Both the position numbers and the translations under genes were made by a program. Shown here in pieces: positions 48,301 through 62,405 of a stretch of DNA of 64,000 nt (positions are counted from its first letter, which is position 1; each line of letters opens with the position of its first letter). The DNA lies in assembly GCA_973895155.1 (NCBI GenBank), contig OZ316892.1:10830283-10894282 (forward strand), written 5' to 3'. The stretch is from Marsupella aquatica (taxonomy: Eukaryota; Plantae; Marchantiophyta). The notes under the pieces are model-generated. The model was not told the origin of the DNA, did no database searches, and saw only the letters and a program-made list of their open reading frames with translations.

Positions 48301-49755
48301 AGTGGTTGTCTCGTTCAGGCAACTATCTTTCATTACGGATCAATCAGCCTTATTGCAGAGCCCTGTCGATCTGCACACATGGCTGCCTTGGAGGCTGCAA
48401 AAAAGGCAGGTGTCTTGTTGTCATACGACCCCAATTTAAGGCTTCCCCTCTGGCCATCCGCAGATGCAGCTCGCAAGGGTATCAGAAGCATTTGGGACCA
48501 AGCTGACATTATCAAGGTACACCTCACTGAGTTACTCTGATCTCCGTCAAGATTAAAGTTGTGGGGGTGAGGTTTGCAGGGAGGGTAGGGTGCGTGGGTA
48601 ATCTTGCAAAACAGTTTTGAAATCGAATGCAGGGTGCAATGATGTCCTATTACCTACGTTGAATATTCTTATTTCTTTAATTGAATGATTCTTTCCATTC
48701 TTTGTCATGAAGGTGAGCGAAGAGGAAATTACTTTCCTCACCGAAGGTGGTGACCCTTATACCGATGAGGCAGCATTGAGGCTTTGGCATCCGAACCTGA
48801 AGCTCTTGCTTGTAACTGAGGGTGCAGATGGATGCCGCTATTACTGCAAGGTAAAATACTAGAGTCCCAATCTCTTGAATGATTGAATAGAATGCTTATA
48901 CCAAAGGTTATATGGGTCTTTCTATTGGCTTAATTTGAAAACTGGAGTCGAGCACTCCCTATGTGTCCAATGCATCATTCCTGGTAACAAACCAGAAAAT
49001 TACGGACAGTAAACCTATAAACTAATCCAATGAACATGGCTTGCATAAACTGATCGGGACTGTGCTTGTCAGAACTTTTTTGGCCGGGTTGAGGGGCTGA
49101 AGGTGACTCCCGTGGACACAACTGGTGCTGGGGATGCGTTTGTTGCCGGTTTGCTGTCTCAACTTGTTCGAGACATGTCTCTTTTGGAGGTATTCTCACT
49201 GTGAACAAGCAACAATCCTGGACAGTCAGATGTAATTCATCCACGCGATGGACAAGTTTTTGTCAATTTACGATGCGTTCAAGTTGAAAAGAAAATCATT
49301 CATCTAGATAATTGGCCTGTAAGAGTACAATTGCAGTCAAGTATTTGATCGGACACACTTGTGTTTGGGGGAAAGAATGTCATTCCGTTTTGCCATCTTG
49401 ATTTTCTTGTGCGTGGTGAGGGTCACCGGAAAGATTTTTCATTATTCTAGTTTAGTGGCAAACCTAAAACAATTTGTGTTCATTTGACAGCAATTGGTCT
49501 ACCAATATGATTCATCCTCCTGGACTATCGTCAGTTGTCTATGAACGCTGCATATGTTGAGTAATACCAAAGTTGATTCAATCTTTATTCTGTGCTAAGC
49601 CTATTGTTGGATTCTCGCAGGATGAGACAAAGCTCCGTGAAGCACTCAGATTTGCAAATGCATGTGGTGCAATCACGACTACAGAGAGAGGAGCCATCCC
49701 TGCTCTTCCCGATAGAGACACCGTTTTGAGGCTAATAAGTACAGTCACAGTTTAA
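45332..49755 (+). CDS. FRK: Fructokinase (pfkB family), probably plastid-targeted, about 443 aa
   Basis: Exons 45332-45638 (least certain), 46910-47133, 48002-48214, 48319-48516, 48713-48850, 49073-49189, 49621-49755; motifs [55 protein letters not shown]; long Ser/Arg/Ala-rich N-terminal extension. Confidence 0.93.
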
Positions 49756-52700
49756 GCTACTCATTGTTAGAGAGATTATTCTGAGGCAAATAAGTAACGT
49801 CACATTTTGAGTTACTTGAAAACATAATGATGAAACAAACCAGGGGGGATTCACACGTCCAAGCCGATGTGCCTCTGTTCTTTCGTTTTGTGTCTCCTAT
49901 AGGGGAGCTATGTAGAGGTCTTAGTTGGGGATCTTTCAGACTGTGGTGCGGCAGTTTTTGTAAATACTACTCATAGAATGCACTCAGGCAAGGGGTGTCT
50001 TTTGTGCTCCTTTTTTGTGCAAATCTACAGTGCTCTATCTGCCATGATAAAGGGAACGCACTAACTATTGTGTTTCGTTTATTTAAACTGGAGATCCGGG
50101 AATCATACTCTCTAAATTGTCACCTGTATTTGGTACTTCAGTGTCAAATAAGCTTCTTCTTTTTTTCCTCCCAGGTCTCCTTTTGAATGTTGTCTACGTA
50201 CTGACAAGTGGCCCTTGACAAGCAGATAGGCCAGCGAGTGTGCTGTCTACAACACCTGAGCCAAACTCATGGCAAGGATACACAAGATGGCGTCTCAGGA
50301 CTAGCCAATCCATGTAACTGGGCCACGTAAACCAGTGCGCATCATAGCTTCTCAAGAAGATATTGAAGACGAGTATCAAGGGAAGAAGCCAATCCTCCCA
50401 GAGTGTATTCTAAACGAGAACAAACAAATGTTGGACGGCAAGTGATTAAACCAATTTCTGCTAGCACAGTTTGAAGCAATGCAATCATCGCCTTCTTACA
50501 CCCAGTTTTGCATAGAATTTAGATAACTACTATCTGTTGATGCCAGCATCCTGTTTTATTGAGAGATTATTATTTGGAAGGAAAATTGAGGAACCTAGCG
50601 ATTTGCACCTCAGAGCTGTTCCTGCATTAAACCCCTCAACCCCAAGAACAGCGCGAGCACGGTGACGGACCACACCCAATCAAATCGAAGGAATTTTGCC
50701 CAAAAGATGCAAATGAATCATTTCTTGAATGCGGATTAAGCCCTAGTTGGACTTCATTTGCGTCACATTATTATGAAAGATAATGTTTGAGACGTCCGAA
50801 ACTCAGATTGCAACAAATTGAATTGAGTACTGCGCAATCTTGCTTCTGCTTTGTGAAGACTTATACTGTGAACTTTTAGACTCTCTTCTAACGGTAGGTT
50901 CAATGTGCATAGAGATCGTAAAGTACTCCCCCATTAAGAGCATGTATGGAACGACAAAGCTTCCAGATTCTGGATTACACAGAAGTACTATAGGTCACAT
51001 ACACCTAATGATCGTCCAAAACAAGACGCTGTTTATTTACAGAGCAATAAATTGAAATAGAGTTTTAATTGAATAGATTGCCAATGACTTCCAGAAAAAA
51101 GCATGTATGGAGTCTTTTATAGATAGGACCAGCTTCTTTTTTACTAACAAAAAAAATGCCAACTTTTATCTGGTTGAAAGGTCTTAGTCACTTGTGGCGA
51201 ACATCTGTAAGGACAATCAGCAAAACTTTTTGTCTAAATACCCAGTTTTCCACCTAGCCAGCCACAAACCCCATTAGCCAGAAACTGATAGTTCTTTTAA
51301 AATCTGGCAGTCACAAATTAATTTAAGAATAAAGAAGAATTTTCAGTGTCTTCTCCTACAATTTGTCACCTTGTGGAAAAGAAAAAATCAATAAATTTAC
51401 TATGGCATTACCTTTTTTGTTGAAAAGGCTGAAGTGTGGGGAATACCATAAACTTTGGAAAATCCTGAGAGGAATACAACAACTGCCACAAGGATAGAGA
51501 GAGGATTGAATCAGATCAAAGGTGATATAACCCCCAAGAGGCAACCCAAGACCAGCAAACCAAACTTGGCTGAAGAAATGATGTAGAGTAAAAACCAAAC
51601 CCAACATACAAAACTTTCTCAGGGGCTGAAAGCAAGCGAGCAGACCAAGAACAACTACATTGCGCTGAAGGAGGGGAGCATACCTCCAATCCAAAACCCA
51701 GAGAAAAGGACCAGGGTGACAAAGCTAGATTCCACTTTGATGAAGAAAAAAAACCAGTGGATTGAGAACTGTAAAGCCCGAGAAACACTAGGACTGCAAA
51801 GCCATGATTTAAAGGGAAAAGAAAACTGTATGATCTCAAGGGAAGAAGCTCCCCAAAATAATCTATATGAGACCCCCGAGATGGGCCTGCTGCTCTCACA
51901 CTTGCTGTGAGTTGTTTCTTTGTTGGTATTTTAGACCATAATTGCACAACATGTACAATCGCTGTAGCCCGTTAGATGTTGAGTTACTTAGCTGGTTCTG
52001 AGTTTGGTTTGATGACATGGGTTGACCTGGACCAAATTTTTAGAGACTCTAATGCCCTATTCATTTGTTTCAAATAAGATTATTTGTACAGTATATCTAT
52101 AGAACACTTGCTTATTCAACTTTTGGTTCTGGACTTTTGGCAACTTTGAACGAAGTGAAGATGGTGTGAATTCCAAGTGGCGGTCACCATCCAGACCTAC
52201 TCATTTCCTACCTATTTCTATTGCCAACCCTTTGGTAGGACCCTTGGTGTGGCTACCAACATGACTTAGGTACGATCTGTTGATCCAGTCTCACAAGAAT
52301 CACCTTCTCATATTTATCTTCAATCTCCTTGTCATACCATTAATAAGCAAACATGCAACTTAATTATAATACTTTATTTTACCCACAGTCATATTGGACA
52401 AAATTTGCCAACATGCTGGGTTGGATGGGTGCAACCCCATATATCATTCCCAAATATCACTCTTTACTTTAGTAGCTCATTTAGTTTACTCTATCATGTA
52501 GAGCAATCACACTTGCAACAACACACACATGTGAACATCCACTAAACAAATACTCAATACAAGATATATGTAATTCATCTCTAAAAGGCTACCTCCACAG
52601 GAACACATATGAGAGCATTATTATACTATGGGCCCACCTGCCACTCCACCCGCCATACCAAGTCTCCACATTGTAAGCTCTCCCTATCACTCATGCAGAT

Positions 52701-55700
52701 GGATCCATAGCATTGAGCCAAAGTTACACTTAGGAACTAAGTCTTACTAATGAATATAGTACCAACACATCTAATCTTAGTCAAGTATTTTACTACACTT
52801 GTACTAATTGCAGTTACCTAGTAACTCTAGACCCAAGCATAAATGCCTAACATATAAATGCTCACTTTCTTTTCTGTCAAAGAGAGCTTGGTCCATTGGT
52901 GCATTGAAATCACAAGGTCAAATGCTGTGGTCCATCCTAACATAAAGTAAACCCCCAAGGTCCTCACTTATTTTCTTTTCATCCATCACCTACAAATAAA
53001 AGACAATTCTGGATCAAACAACAACAGTTCTGGCACACTCAGGTTTTGTTAATCTTGCTAGATTTCTGTCAATTTTGGCAAAACCAACATTTTCTTCTTA
53101 AATTTTACATATTTTTCATTTCTTAATCAAAAATTGGCGTGTTGTGTGACTTTCAAGAATGCAATGAGAGCAATACTTTCATAATTCTAAAATTTGTTTA
53201 GTCAAGTTCCTTCTCGACCCCCCCCCCCCCCCTTTTGCCTATGCCAAATATTCAAAATCATCATATTTATCAAACACAAGATAGAAACAATATTGCACAT
53301 GACATTCAAACCCAAATCAATTTGCCTATATAACATAAAAAAATAACAATTCCACACAGATTACTACAAGAATAAATTCACGGTCGCCCAATACTTACTT
53401 CATAATTTGTCATAGTTTACCTCTATGTTAATCAAAACACTTGCAGTTACTCATACAACTAACCATAGTCAAGTGAGAAAACATTGAAAACTTACAAAAG
53501 CAAAGTAAAGTTACCCAAGAAACCTCCCACAAATATAAATTGCAATGCCCATATCACATCTAGTAGTGTGTATTGATTATCACCATCAAATAAATTCAAG
53601 TGGTAGTTCTGTAAAGCCAAAACTCCATCTTGAACCCCAAATTGCCATGCAGGTTTGACTCAGAGACACTCAAACCCCAAAATGACTCAGTCTTCCAAAC
53701 TCTTGAGTCTATTCTGTTGTTTACTAAGTCCTAAACTAATTGAAAATGGCCAAGTGGTAATACCCAAAGAGTATTAAATCTGGGGTATTAATAGAGTGAT
53801 ATTGACAAAGTTTTGAGACCCATTTTTCTTTGTTGAGCTCCTTTTAAATTTTGTTCAGACAAGCACAACGTACTGTCATTCATTTGATATTTAAGGCGTT
53901 GAATGTCACTGCAGTTACATGACACAAAATACTAACATGAAATTTTTCTCTAACCTTTTATGCCAAGATGCAATTGAGCATGTAGTTTGTGATACTCATA
54001 TTACTGTTGGCTTTCAAATACTGCTGGTTGCTAAAATTGGATTGCTGCAAATGAATGAATCAATGGTCAGCCTTCTTTGTTGGTCCAACATCATGGTAGA
54101 GCCAAATACACTAAATGACTATTTTTTTAATACTTGTAAATTGCAATTTGTTTTTGGCTAAATTTGAGCTTTTAGAGGGAGGCTGAGACACACAAGGTAA
54201 TGCTTTAGCATTGCTCATTGCTCTTATATGCAAAGAGCAATATTGGAATCACAGTTAGGGCTTGAGTGATTCAAATTCAACTCTCTAGTGGAGTCAATGA
54301 TAGAAGGTGGGGAAGTGAACTAAGGAAGGCAGAATCTTTAAAAGTATGAAAATTTAACTATTTCTTGGGAGTGGGCCCTCATATACATAGTTTTGCCACT
54401 AACCATGGTTAGATCTTGATCTAGCCCGGATTAAGAACTACTAACGACAATGTGTCAATAATTTTTTATCAATGTTTGTCTTTCTACAAGTTTAATCTAG
54501 ATTTTCATGCCTTGGAAAAAAAGGGTTTCCAAAAATGAGATCCAACATCATGTTATAAAGTAGAGAGTTTTTTATTGGGTTTAGTGAAATACTTATAATT
54601 TTTTGTGCAATTCAAAGACATTATGGGGAAAATGATGCCTGGATAGACCCCTAGGTTTGTCAAAATGCTCCCATGGATTTTGCAACTAAGTTGGACTGTA
54701 TTGTACTCACAATGTGATAGGGAAGATTCTCAATTAGTCCATCCCAATTGTATGGTTTCTATCTACGGTCCATGGGAGCATCATTTTCCATTATGGGTGT
54801 TTAAATCCATTTTGTAAATTATATTAATTGTAGGGTTTCGAAAACCAAATCTAGGAATGTTCCAAAAAGTTAAAGGGTTGAAACAGAAAAAAATGCCCAA
54901 GATATAAGACCCCTTGGAGTGAAGACCCAAGATAAACCTTACACTCCCAGGCAAGCTATTGCTGCTCAATTGTAGCAATAGTTTCCTTCCTTCAATATGT
55001 CCCTCAGTCCGTTGTCCATATGTAAGACCTTTGGCTAGGTGGCGAGCAACTTCAACCTTCTCCACAGTCCTCAAGGCGATCTATCACCGAGTCAGGTTTG
55101 AATCTAATTAAGGGATAGGATGACCATTCTGCACATGTAGCATATCCAAGCGTTGCCATTGATATTAGAAGGACCACAGATGTCACTTGATGCAATGCAC
55201 ACGTCCAAGGCTTCAAGAACGTTGTACTTGTTTGATAGGTAGTAGGAAAACTCTCTATCTCTATATAGAGCAGCCCAGTGCCTTTTCCAATATATGAAGC
55301 ACTTAGGGAGGCTTTACAAGACTTGGGAGGCACTTGTGACTCTTTTCAATCATATTAAGTTGGAGGGCCACTTCTTATTCTAAATACAGACTCCAAACCA
55401 AGGATCCGTTGAAACGAACTTCAACAATTGCAAATCCCTTGAATGAAGCCAGGAGCCACAGTATGGAATGTTTGAACCACCTCTCAAGCACTAAAATTCT
55501 ATACAAAAGTAGACACTCTACATCAGCATTTTACTTGGGTCCACTACTTGCAATCTTGCTTGCCATACAATAGGATCCATACACACTGCACTTGAATGGG
55601 CCCTCAGTCGGGTTCTTGTAAGGCCAACTGCAGCTGTTACCACTACTTGTATGGACTAGATTGAACGTCAGAGTGGATGAAAGTAATTGTGATTTACTTC

Positions 55701-57221
55701 ATGATTGCCATTTTTCTTTAAAATCAAAAGAATTCTTTGATACTTTTTGTACTTTAATGATCAAATTGCACCTTGGCTATTTTGGTCACTGGTTAAGCAA
55801 AGTAGTTCTGGTTGGCTTGGAATGATCTGATGGTCAAAATGTTCCAAGGTTTGGTCATTGAATGGTTGCCATTGTCCTCACCCCAAACCATGGCACCCTG
55901 TCCACCCTTCTACCTTGGGGATGGGTCTTGTGCTTCACCCCTGCCCCAGTACACGTGGACACATCCTTGTTGAGTCCCTCAATCCCCAAGCCCTTTGTCA
56001 ACAGTGAGAGTAGATGCTGAGGTTAGGTTAAGGACAATGTGGACCCTGTAGTGCAAAAACCTTGCAAGATATACACCGTTAGCTCACTCCAAGCTAACCA
56101 GAATTAATTTGCTTATGGTGAAATAAGATGATAGATTATTAATCAATTAAACTAAAAAGAGTGGGAAAACATATATTTTGACATATATATTAAACTAAAA
56201 AGAGTGGCAATGTAGTAATCTTTGGGGTCAACTATAAAACATTGTATTAACAACATCCAATCCAAAATAGTTAAATTTCTAAAAAGGGTAAGAGGTAAAA
56301 GAAAGTATTCTAAACTCATATTTGTAAAATATTTTCTAATATATAGATTTTATGGAGTAAAATAGTTATTTATTTATTAAAATAATAATAATCTTAGAAT
56401 ATTTTCTTTATAAAACATGTGTATTTATATTAGGCTAGGATTGCATATAGTACCTCAAAATATACACTAAGTTAACCCCCCAAGTAGTATATCATTGGAT
56501 AAAAAAAAATCAATGAGCCAAAACTTGTTACCAAACTATCGGAGAATAGCTGAGAAAAGACACTCAAAGATTCTAATAATTGCTTAGGTCTTCTAGTGTA
56601 TTATTTCCTATTTCTGGAGCATTTTTGGCAAGAATAGTCTCTCAAAATTTGAGCTGAAGCTCTCATTTTTTGGAGCATGATATCCCACAATGCAGTCTAA
56701 TAGTACATTCGTATATACTTAAATCCACTAGACTTTGTCTTTGTATGTTTCTGAACTTTTTAAAAGAAAATGCCCATCATCACTGTAGCAGCAGTGTGAG
56801 GGCATTTAAAAATTTGTCCTCTTCTTGTCTCTACGTAAAGAAAGTTAAACCAAAACTTGCACTAATTTTGGTTTTATAATAGGGGCTCTCAAACCTCTAA
56901 ATTTGATGGACCCTTACAGTAGTCAAGGTTAGGGAGACAAAAGTAAGGGACTACCAAGAATGGAGAATGTTTTGCCATAAGGATTGGTCATGCCATGACC
57001 ATAAGTCACACTAGAGGCTACCGAGAAAAATAATTTTTTACATAATTGTGAAAAAGCTAGGGCCAATGGTTAATGGCCAAAAGCCATCATCTCTAACTAC
57101 AAAGTAGCCATCATTTCTAACTAAGAAGCTGCTTGGAGACGCCCTAATTGTCTTTCTGCCTTGCGCTAATATTGGCTTCAATAATTGATCGTAAGTCCCC
57201 TTGCAGTAAAACTGTAAAAGG

Positions 57222-57826
57222 GACCGTTGGTTGCATGCGACACCCGCGACTGATTAAATAACGGTCTCTTTCCCGTCTTTGGCCACCTGAGTGTATAATG
57301 TCATTTAGAAGCACAGCACGCTAGTGGTCTCCGGAATTCGTGTCCGTGACATATTACTGCAACCATACTCTTACTGTAATTACGTTGTAATAAGACTTCC
57401 CTGTAAATCGTGTACTCTTTCACGGCCGCAAGAACGGTAAAGATGTAACTCGCTATCCATCCCAGCCGTTAAGCCGTGAGACCGATCGTTTTCCACTGAC
57501 GGTAACTGCGTACGCGGGGATGTCAATGGGGTACGTGAGGAGTGTAAGGTGTAAGAAAGACTAGGACGACGAAGAAGAAACGAAGAAACACAAAGTGCAG
57601 CGAAAAAAGGAATCCATTTATTGAAGGCGGATCGGTGACTACTCTCGATCGTTCGCTTCTGTATGGTTGGGGATTATGCTGTTGATTGATCCGCTACTGG
57701 GCGTTACTCATGATGGAAATTCGTTGTTCTGCCGACGAAGAGACGATGGATGAGAGCGAGACCGGACCCGTAGTAGAATGGTCGGGAAGAGAAAGGCAGG
57801 GGCAGGACAGATTTCCTACCGTTGGA
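57222..57826. promoter_or_regulatory. Cluster of MSA (AACGG, MYB3R-type) elements upstream of the small gene at 58253
   Basis: YAACGGY matches at 57222-57230 (-), 57259-57266 (+), 57464-57471 (-) and 57818-57826 (-), plus AACGG at 57433. Confidence 0.55.
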
Positions 57827-58252
57827 AACGTTCATTTCCTGGTCGGATCTGTTAGAATGCGAGCGAGGCATTACGCTCGTTCGACAGGCAGCTATCCTTT
57901 CCGTTCCTAGCTGCTTTGGCTCTCCATGGTCTCGTTCGGTAGATTTCACCCACTACTTCTTTACAAGTTTTTGCAGTCTTCATTTTCACGGACTGACTGA
58001 CCTTGACCTGACCTCATAGTTCAATCCCAGCTCCTCCTGCGCTTTCTCAGTTAAGGTTGAACTTCAGTGAGTGCAAGATAGACAGTAGTGTGCGAAGCGA
58101 AGGGATTTCGTGTACACAGGAACAAGGAGAGCTTCCATTACAATCGCTTTTGTCGCTTGAAAGATCTGTCTCTCTATTTGCATCCCTCTGTGTTCCTCTC
58201 TCCCTCTCTCTGTGTGTGTCTCGAGGTAGGCACAAAAGGGAGGGTGAGAACG

Positions 58253-59598
58253 ATGGAGAACGCTGCGAATCTACCTTGTGACTCTGTCGCTTCAGTGAGA
58301 GTCACCTTGATGGAAGTGGATCCTGCTGCCACGAGGAAGAGTTTTTGGAAGGAGGACAATGCCGCTGTGGCCATCACCATTTTGCCGACCGCAATTGCAT
58401 CGCAGGATTGCGGCACAAACGAGAACGAGATCTTGTCCCCTTCGGAAGTGATGCAGGAGAATAAAGCTCCGGTGACGAAGACTCCGATGGCGGGAGCAGG
58501 GCTTCTGAAGAAATCGCTGCCGTTCAGAGAGCGGAACATGGAAGAGGGGAAGAAATTGCTGCCACCGCATATCAAAGTGCCCCCAAAGAAAATGTTCGGG
58601 TATCCTGAAAGGTGTCCCTCTCACGCATTGCCCTGATTCAACATTCAATTACGTCGTCTGTTCCTGTTTTTGATAAGATTCTTGGTTCCCTCCGTCTTCA
58701 TTGCTACCACGAAAACCGACCAGGCCACACATTTAACATTCGCATCCATTTTGTTCACTTGGCCGAGCTGAATTCCGTGAGCTGAAAAATAATTCTCTTT
58801 GTGGGAACTGGGGACAACTGTGCACATTTGATCTCCTTTGTTGCAAATATTCTCCGCGTCCTTCCAACTTTGGTACTCAGACGCTCACAGGGACGCCTTG
58901 CTTTCCCTTTGCCCCAACTGGATGTCTGTGTTCTTCAAATTCGAGTATCCCCTGTTGGGGACTGTGGAGAACGTTCAGGGACAGTTCAATTGCATTCGTT
59001 CAGTCTCCTTCCTTCCTTTCTCTGGGTCCTTTCCGCACTTCCGAGGGACATTCCTAAACCCGAGTTTGAGTTTGAGGTCGAGCATTCTCATTGCGGGCAT
59101 TCCTAGAAAAGAGTTTGGAGTGTCGAATTCAACTATATGCGGCAATGTCATGCTGTTGGAAACAAGCCAGGTGGGCATTCAGCGATGAAGGGAAAGAAGG
59201 AGCTCTAGTCCGTCGCAGCCGTGCATCTATTTTAGTCCTACTTCATTGAATTATTCTTCTGAGCTGACACCACACCCTCTTTCCCCTGCAGATATAGGAG
59301 CCCCACAGATGCAATGGTATCTCCAGTTTCAAGAGGATTGCTTACGCGAAACAGGAGGCCTGCTCGGACTCTAGCCCCAATGGGTCCTCCTAAGGTAAGT
59401 CCGCTTGAGATACCGTTGGAGTCTGGCGAATTTTTAGGTAGATTTGCTTAACGAAGTATTTCACACATGGAAAATGGGTTTTTCTCACTGACGGGGTTCT
59501 CGATGCAGGCATTGGAGAACACATTCCACGACGTGGTGGTAGATGTGATGGGAGGAGAAATTGTATCCAATGAAGTGCCTTCCCAGTCATATTTTTAG
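58253..59598 (+). CDS. Small uncharacterised protein (183 aa) with a Spo12-like SPTDxxxSPxS motif
   Basis: Exons 58253-58611, 59292-59394, 59509-59598 (552 nt, GT-AG, in frame) give ...FGYPERYRSPTDAMVSPVSRGLLTRNRR...; the last exon is less certain. Confidence 0.8.
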
Positions 59599-60789
59599 CT
59601 TGGTACGTCGTGATTGTCCACTCATAGAAGTGCCCGACCGATGTAGTTGGGCAATCATTTAGCTTGGCTTTCGCCAAGTTAAGGTCTACTTATAACGCTT
59701 GTGTATATTGCCAAGGAAAATGGGTCAAGTTGAGGCCCTGACGCCCATATCTGCTGAGGTCGAAGTGCCGGCCTAAGTTTTACTGTCATCAACGACAGAA
59801 AGTCGAAGCAGCATGTTTACTCGACATACTGAGAGCTTTCTAGATTTTGGAACGGATGACGTTAGATCAATATTTATAGTGCATAGAATAGAATTGTATT
59901 CACAATGGTGCCTGAAGCTAACACCGTAGCCTTTTTGTAGAAAGAGCAGTGATCAGGTATCATTGATTATTAGGGAGTTTCGCCGGTTGGAACTTGGTTG
60001 TACAGGAAAGAAGCCGAAAGTTTACGCATTTTACGGAGACTCTGCTCGATTGATTCTTGCTCTTGTTTTGTGCGAGCAATGTGATTATTTTTGTTACGGA
60101 TGCTTAAATGAACTCAGAAGCACGAAACATCAACAATCAAAGGTTTCTGCAATATTATTTGTATTTTGAATCATGAAAGATAATTTCGGCTGAAAAATGT
60201 ATCTGGATAGTACACCAGCAATTGCAGTCTCTAACCAGAACTAGACGACGACACAAAACAGAATATGTAATTAGTACAACATAATACGGTGATGGAAGTC
60301 TCAAACTAAACTCTGGAATGTCTCGCGAGACAGAATGAGCATGAGAACGAGACAGAATCACAAACTTCCAAACAGCTTTGACAACAAGACATAACACTTT
60401 TCAAAACGAGACACTAAATACTACATGGCAAAATAATATTAGACAACTGGCCACCAAGTCAGGTTTCTGCGATAATTTTGAGTGAAGATAGGCAGATTGG
60501 CTGAAAAGTACAATGCAAAATCAAAGATTTGAGTCACACCGCAAAATCATTCTCCCTAGTGCAGAAACTGCCAAAATTTATTCGCGACCTCCCCACTACT
60601 GAACGAACGGTGCTGCACTCATGCTGAACATTCGAGTAATTTGTATCGCAGTAGCAGAGCACAGTCCCTCGGCAAATGGCTGTGTCGCAAAACAAAAGGA
60701 ATATGTGATTCGCGAAACAGAAAAGTTGCCAGTTGGTAAATGTATCAATCAACCAACTTCCAACAGATTCGACCACAACACCGTGCATG

Positions 60790-61057
60790 TTCAAAACGAG
60801 ACTCATGATGCTGCTCATTCATTTTAAAAACCATATGCCTTCGGGTCTTTCTGAGGGGAGCACGGGACGACAATGTGCTCTACATACATCTGGAGAGTAA
60901 GAACACTTAACTGAATGTAAAACAAATTCAAAACGAGACTCATGATGCTGCTCATTCATTTAAGAAACCATATTGCCTTTGGGTCTTTGTGAGGGGAGCA
61001 CGGGACGACAATATGCTCTACATACACCTGGAGAGTAACAAAACTTAACCGAATGTA
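60790..61057. repeat. 137-bp tandem duplication, with a partial third copy near 61160-61200
   Basis: TTCAAAACGAGACTCATGATGCTGCTCATTCATTT at 60790 and 60927. Confidence 0.9.
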
Positions 61058-61775
61058 GCTCAAAGAGTCCTCATGAGCATGTACATCTCAGACAGAAAAA
61101 GAATTGTAGCTGATTTTTTAGTCCACGTGAGCTGACGAGGGTGGTTTCGTAGTCCTATTCGTACATCTGGAGTGACCGAAAACTTAACTGATTGTAGCTA
61201 ATTGTTGAGACCGCATGAGCTGACCAGGACACAAGGACATGTAGACACCGAAGTAGGCACATCTTAAGCTCTTAACAAATAGACAGGACAGGATACCAGC
61301 ATGATTAAAACCGAAGGCCAGTAGTCCCTTGCCATGGCAAAGGACGATGCTAAGTAAAGCCGGCCGAGTGAATAGTTTGTGTAGAAAAAGAATACTTGAA
61401 GCTTTGAACAAATTTGTCCCAAAAGCAATTTACATGCAACCCCTAAACCACATACCCGCTCAAGTTACTTTTGTTTGAAAGACATTTCTTGTTTGAGGCT
61501 CCAGACAAAATCACTTCTAAAGCAGTTGTCATGCAGATCTTTGGTCACCTCTCGCCGAAAACCAGAAAAGATATTAGTCATGCATCCCACTCAAGTTGTT
61601 GTACCATTTTCCAATGAGGGGAGACTTCAAACCTGCACTAAATGACGAGGGCTTGCCGTATGCCAGCGTCGCTCTAGATGCCTCCTGTCTCCCGGTTTGG
61701 ACTTGCCCGGCAAATAGACCGTTTTAAGGCCGTCAACCGGCAAGCCGACACCCGGTCTCTCCCGGTCGTCATCAT

Positions 61776-62405
61776 CCGGTCCCGGCCCGAGTAAATCCGG
61801 TCCCGGCCTGAGTACTCCCGGTCCTCTTCCCTCCCGGCCCCGGACCCTAAACTTCCCCCGGCCCGGACCCTTCACCCTCCCGGCCCGGACCCTAACGCCC
61901 CCCCCCCCCGCCCCGGACCCTTCACCCTCCCGACCTGGACCCTAAAGCCCCCCCCCGCCCCGGACCCTAAAGCCCTCCCGGCCCGGACCCTAAAGGCCCC
62001 CGCCCGGCCCGGACCCTAAAGCCCTCCCCCCGGCCCGGACCCTAAAGCCCCCCCCGGCCCGGACCCTAAAGCTCCCCCCCCCTCCCTCCCCGGACCCTAA
62101 AGCCCCCCCCGGCCCGGACCCTAAAGCTCCCACCCCTCCCACCCCGGACCCTAAAGCCCCCCCCCGGCCCGGACCCCCCCTCCCGGCCCGGACCCTAAAG
62201 CCCCCCCCTCCGCCCCGGTCCCTAAAGCCCCCCCGGCCCGGGCCCACCATGAGGGACCGGGTCGGGCGGGGGTGGGCCGGGCCGGGCCGGGCCGGGGGGG
62301 CTTTAGGGTTAGGTCGCGAGGAGGGCAGCCGCCGGGGGGGATCGGGCTCGGCCACCCGGGGTCGGCTCGCGAGGTGGGGTGGGGGGATGAGTCCGGGACC
62401 GGGGC
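61776..62405. repeat. GC-rich minisatellite of CCGGCCCGGACCCTAAAG(C)n units followed by an inverted arm
   Basis: More than a dozen ~22-32 bp units between ~61830 and 62245; reverse-orientation copy GGGCCGGGGGGGCTTTAGGGT near 62290-62310. Confidence 0.9.

Noticed and set aside
51300-55700. Possible LINE or gene remnants (ORFs 51356-51947 and 54781-55333)
   Set aside because: No diagnostic motif could be recognised by eye; needs a translated search.
58599-58608. GTATCCTG as a U12 donor
   Set aside because: Lacks the full RTATCCTT consensus, and the GT at 58612 gives the in-frame motif.
61636-61650. CACTA as the left end of a CACTA transposon
   Set aside because: Following bases (AATGACG) do not fit the usual CACTACAA/CACTAGTA TIR, and no partner end is visible.
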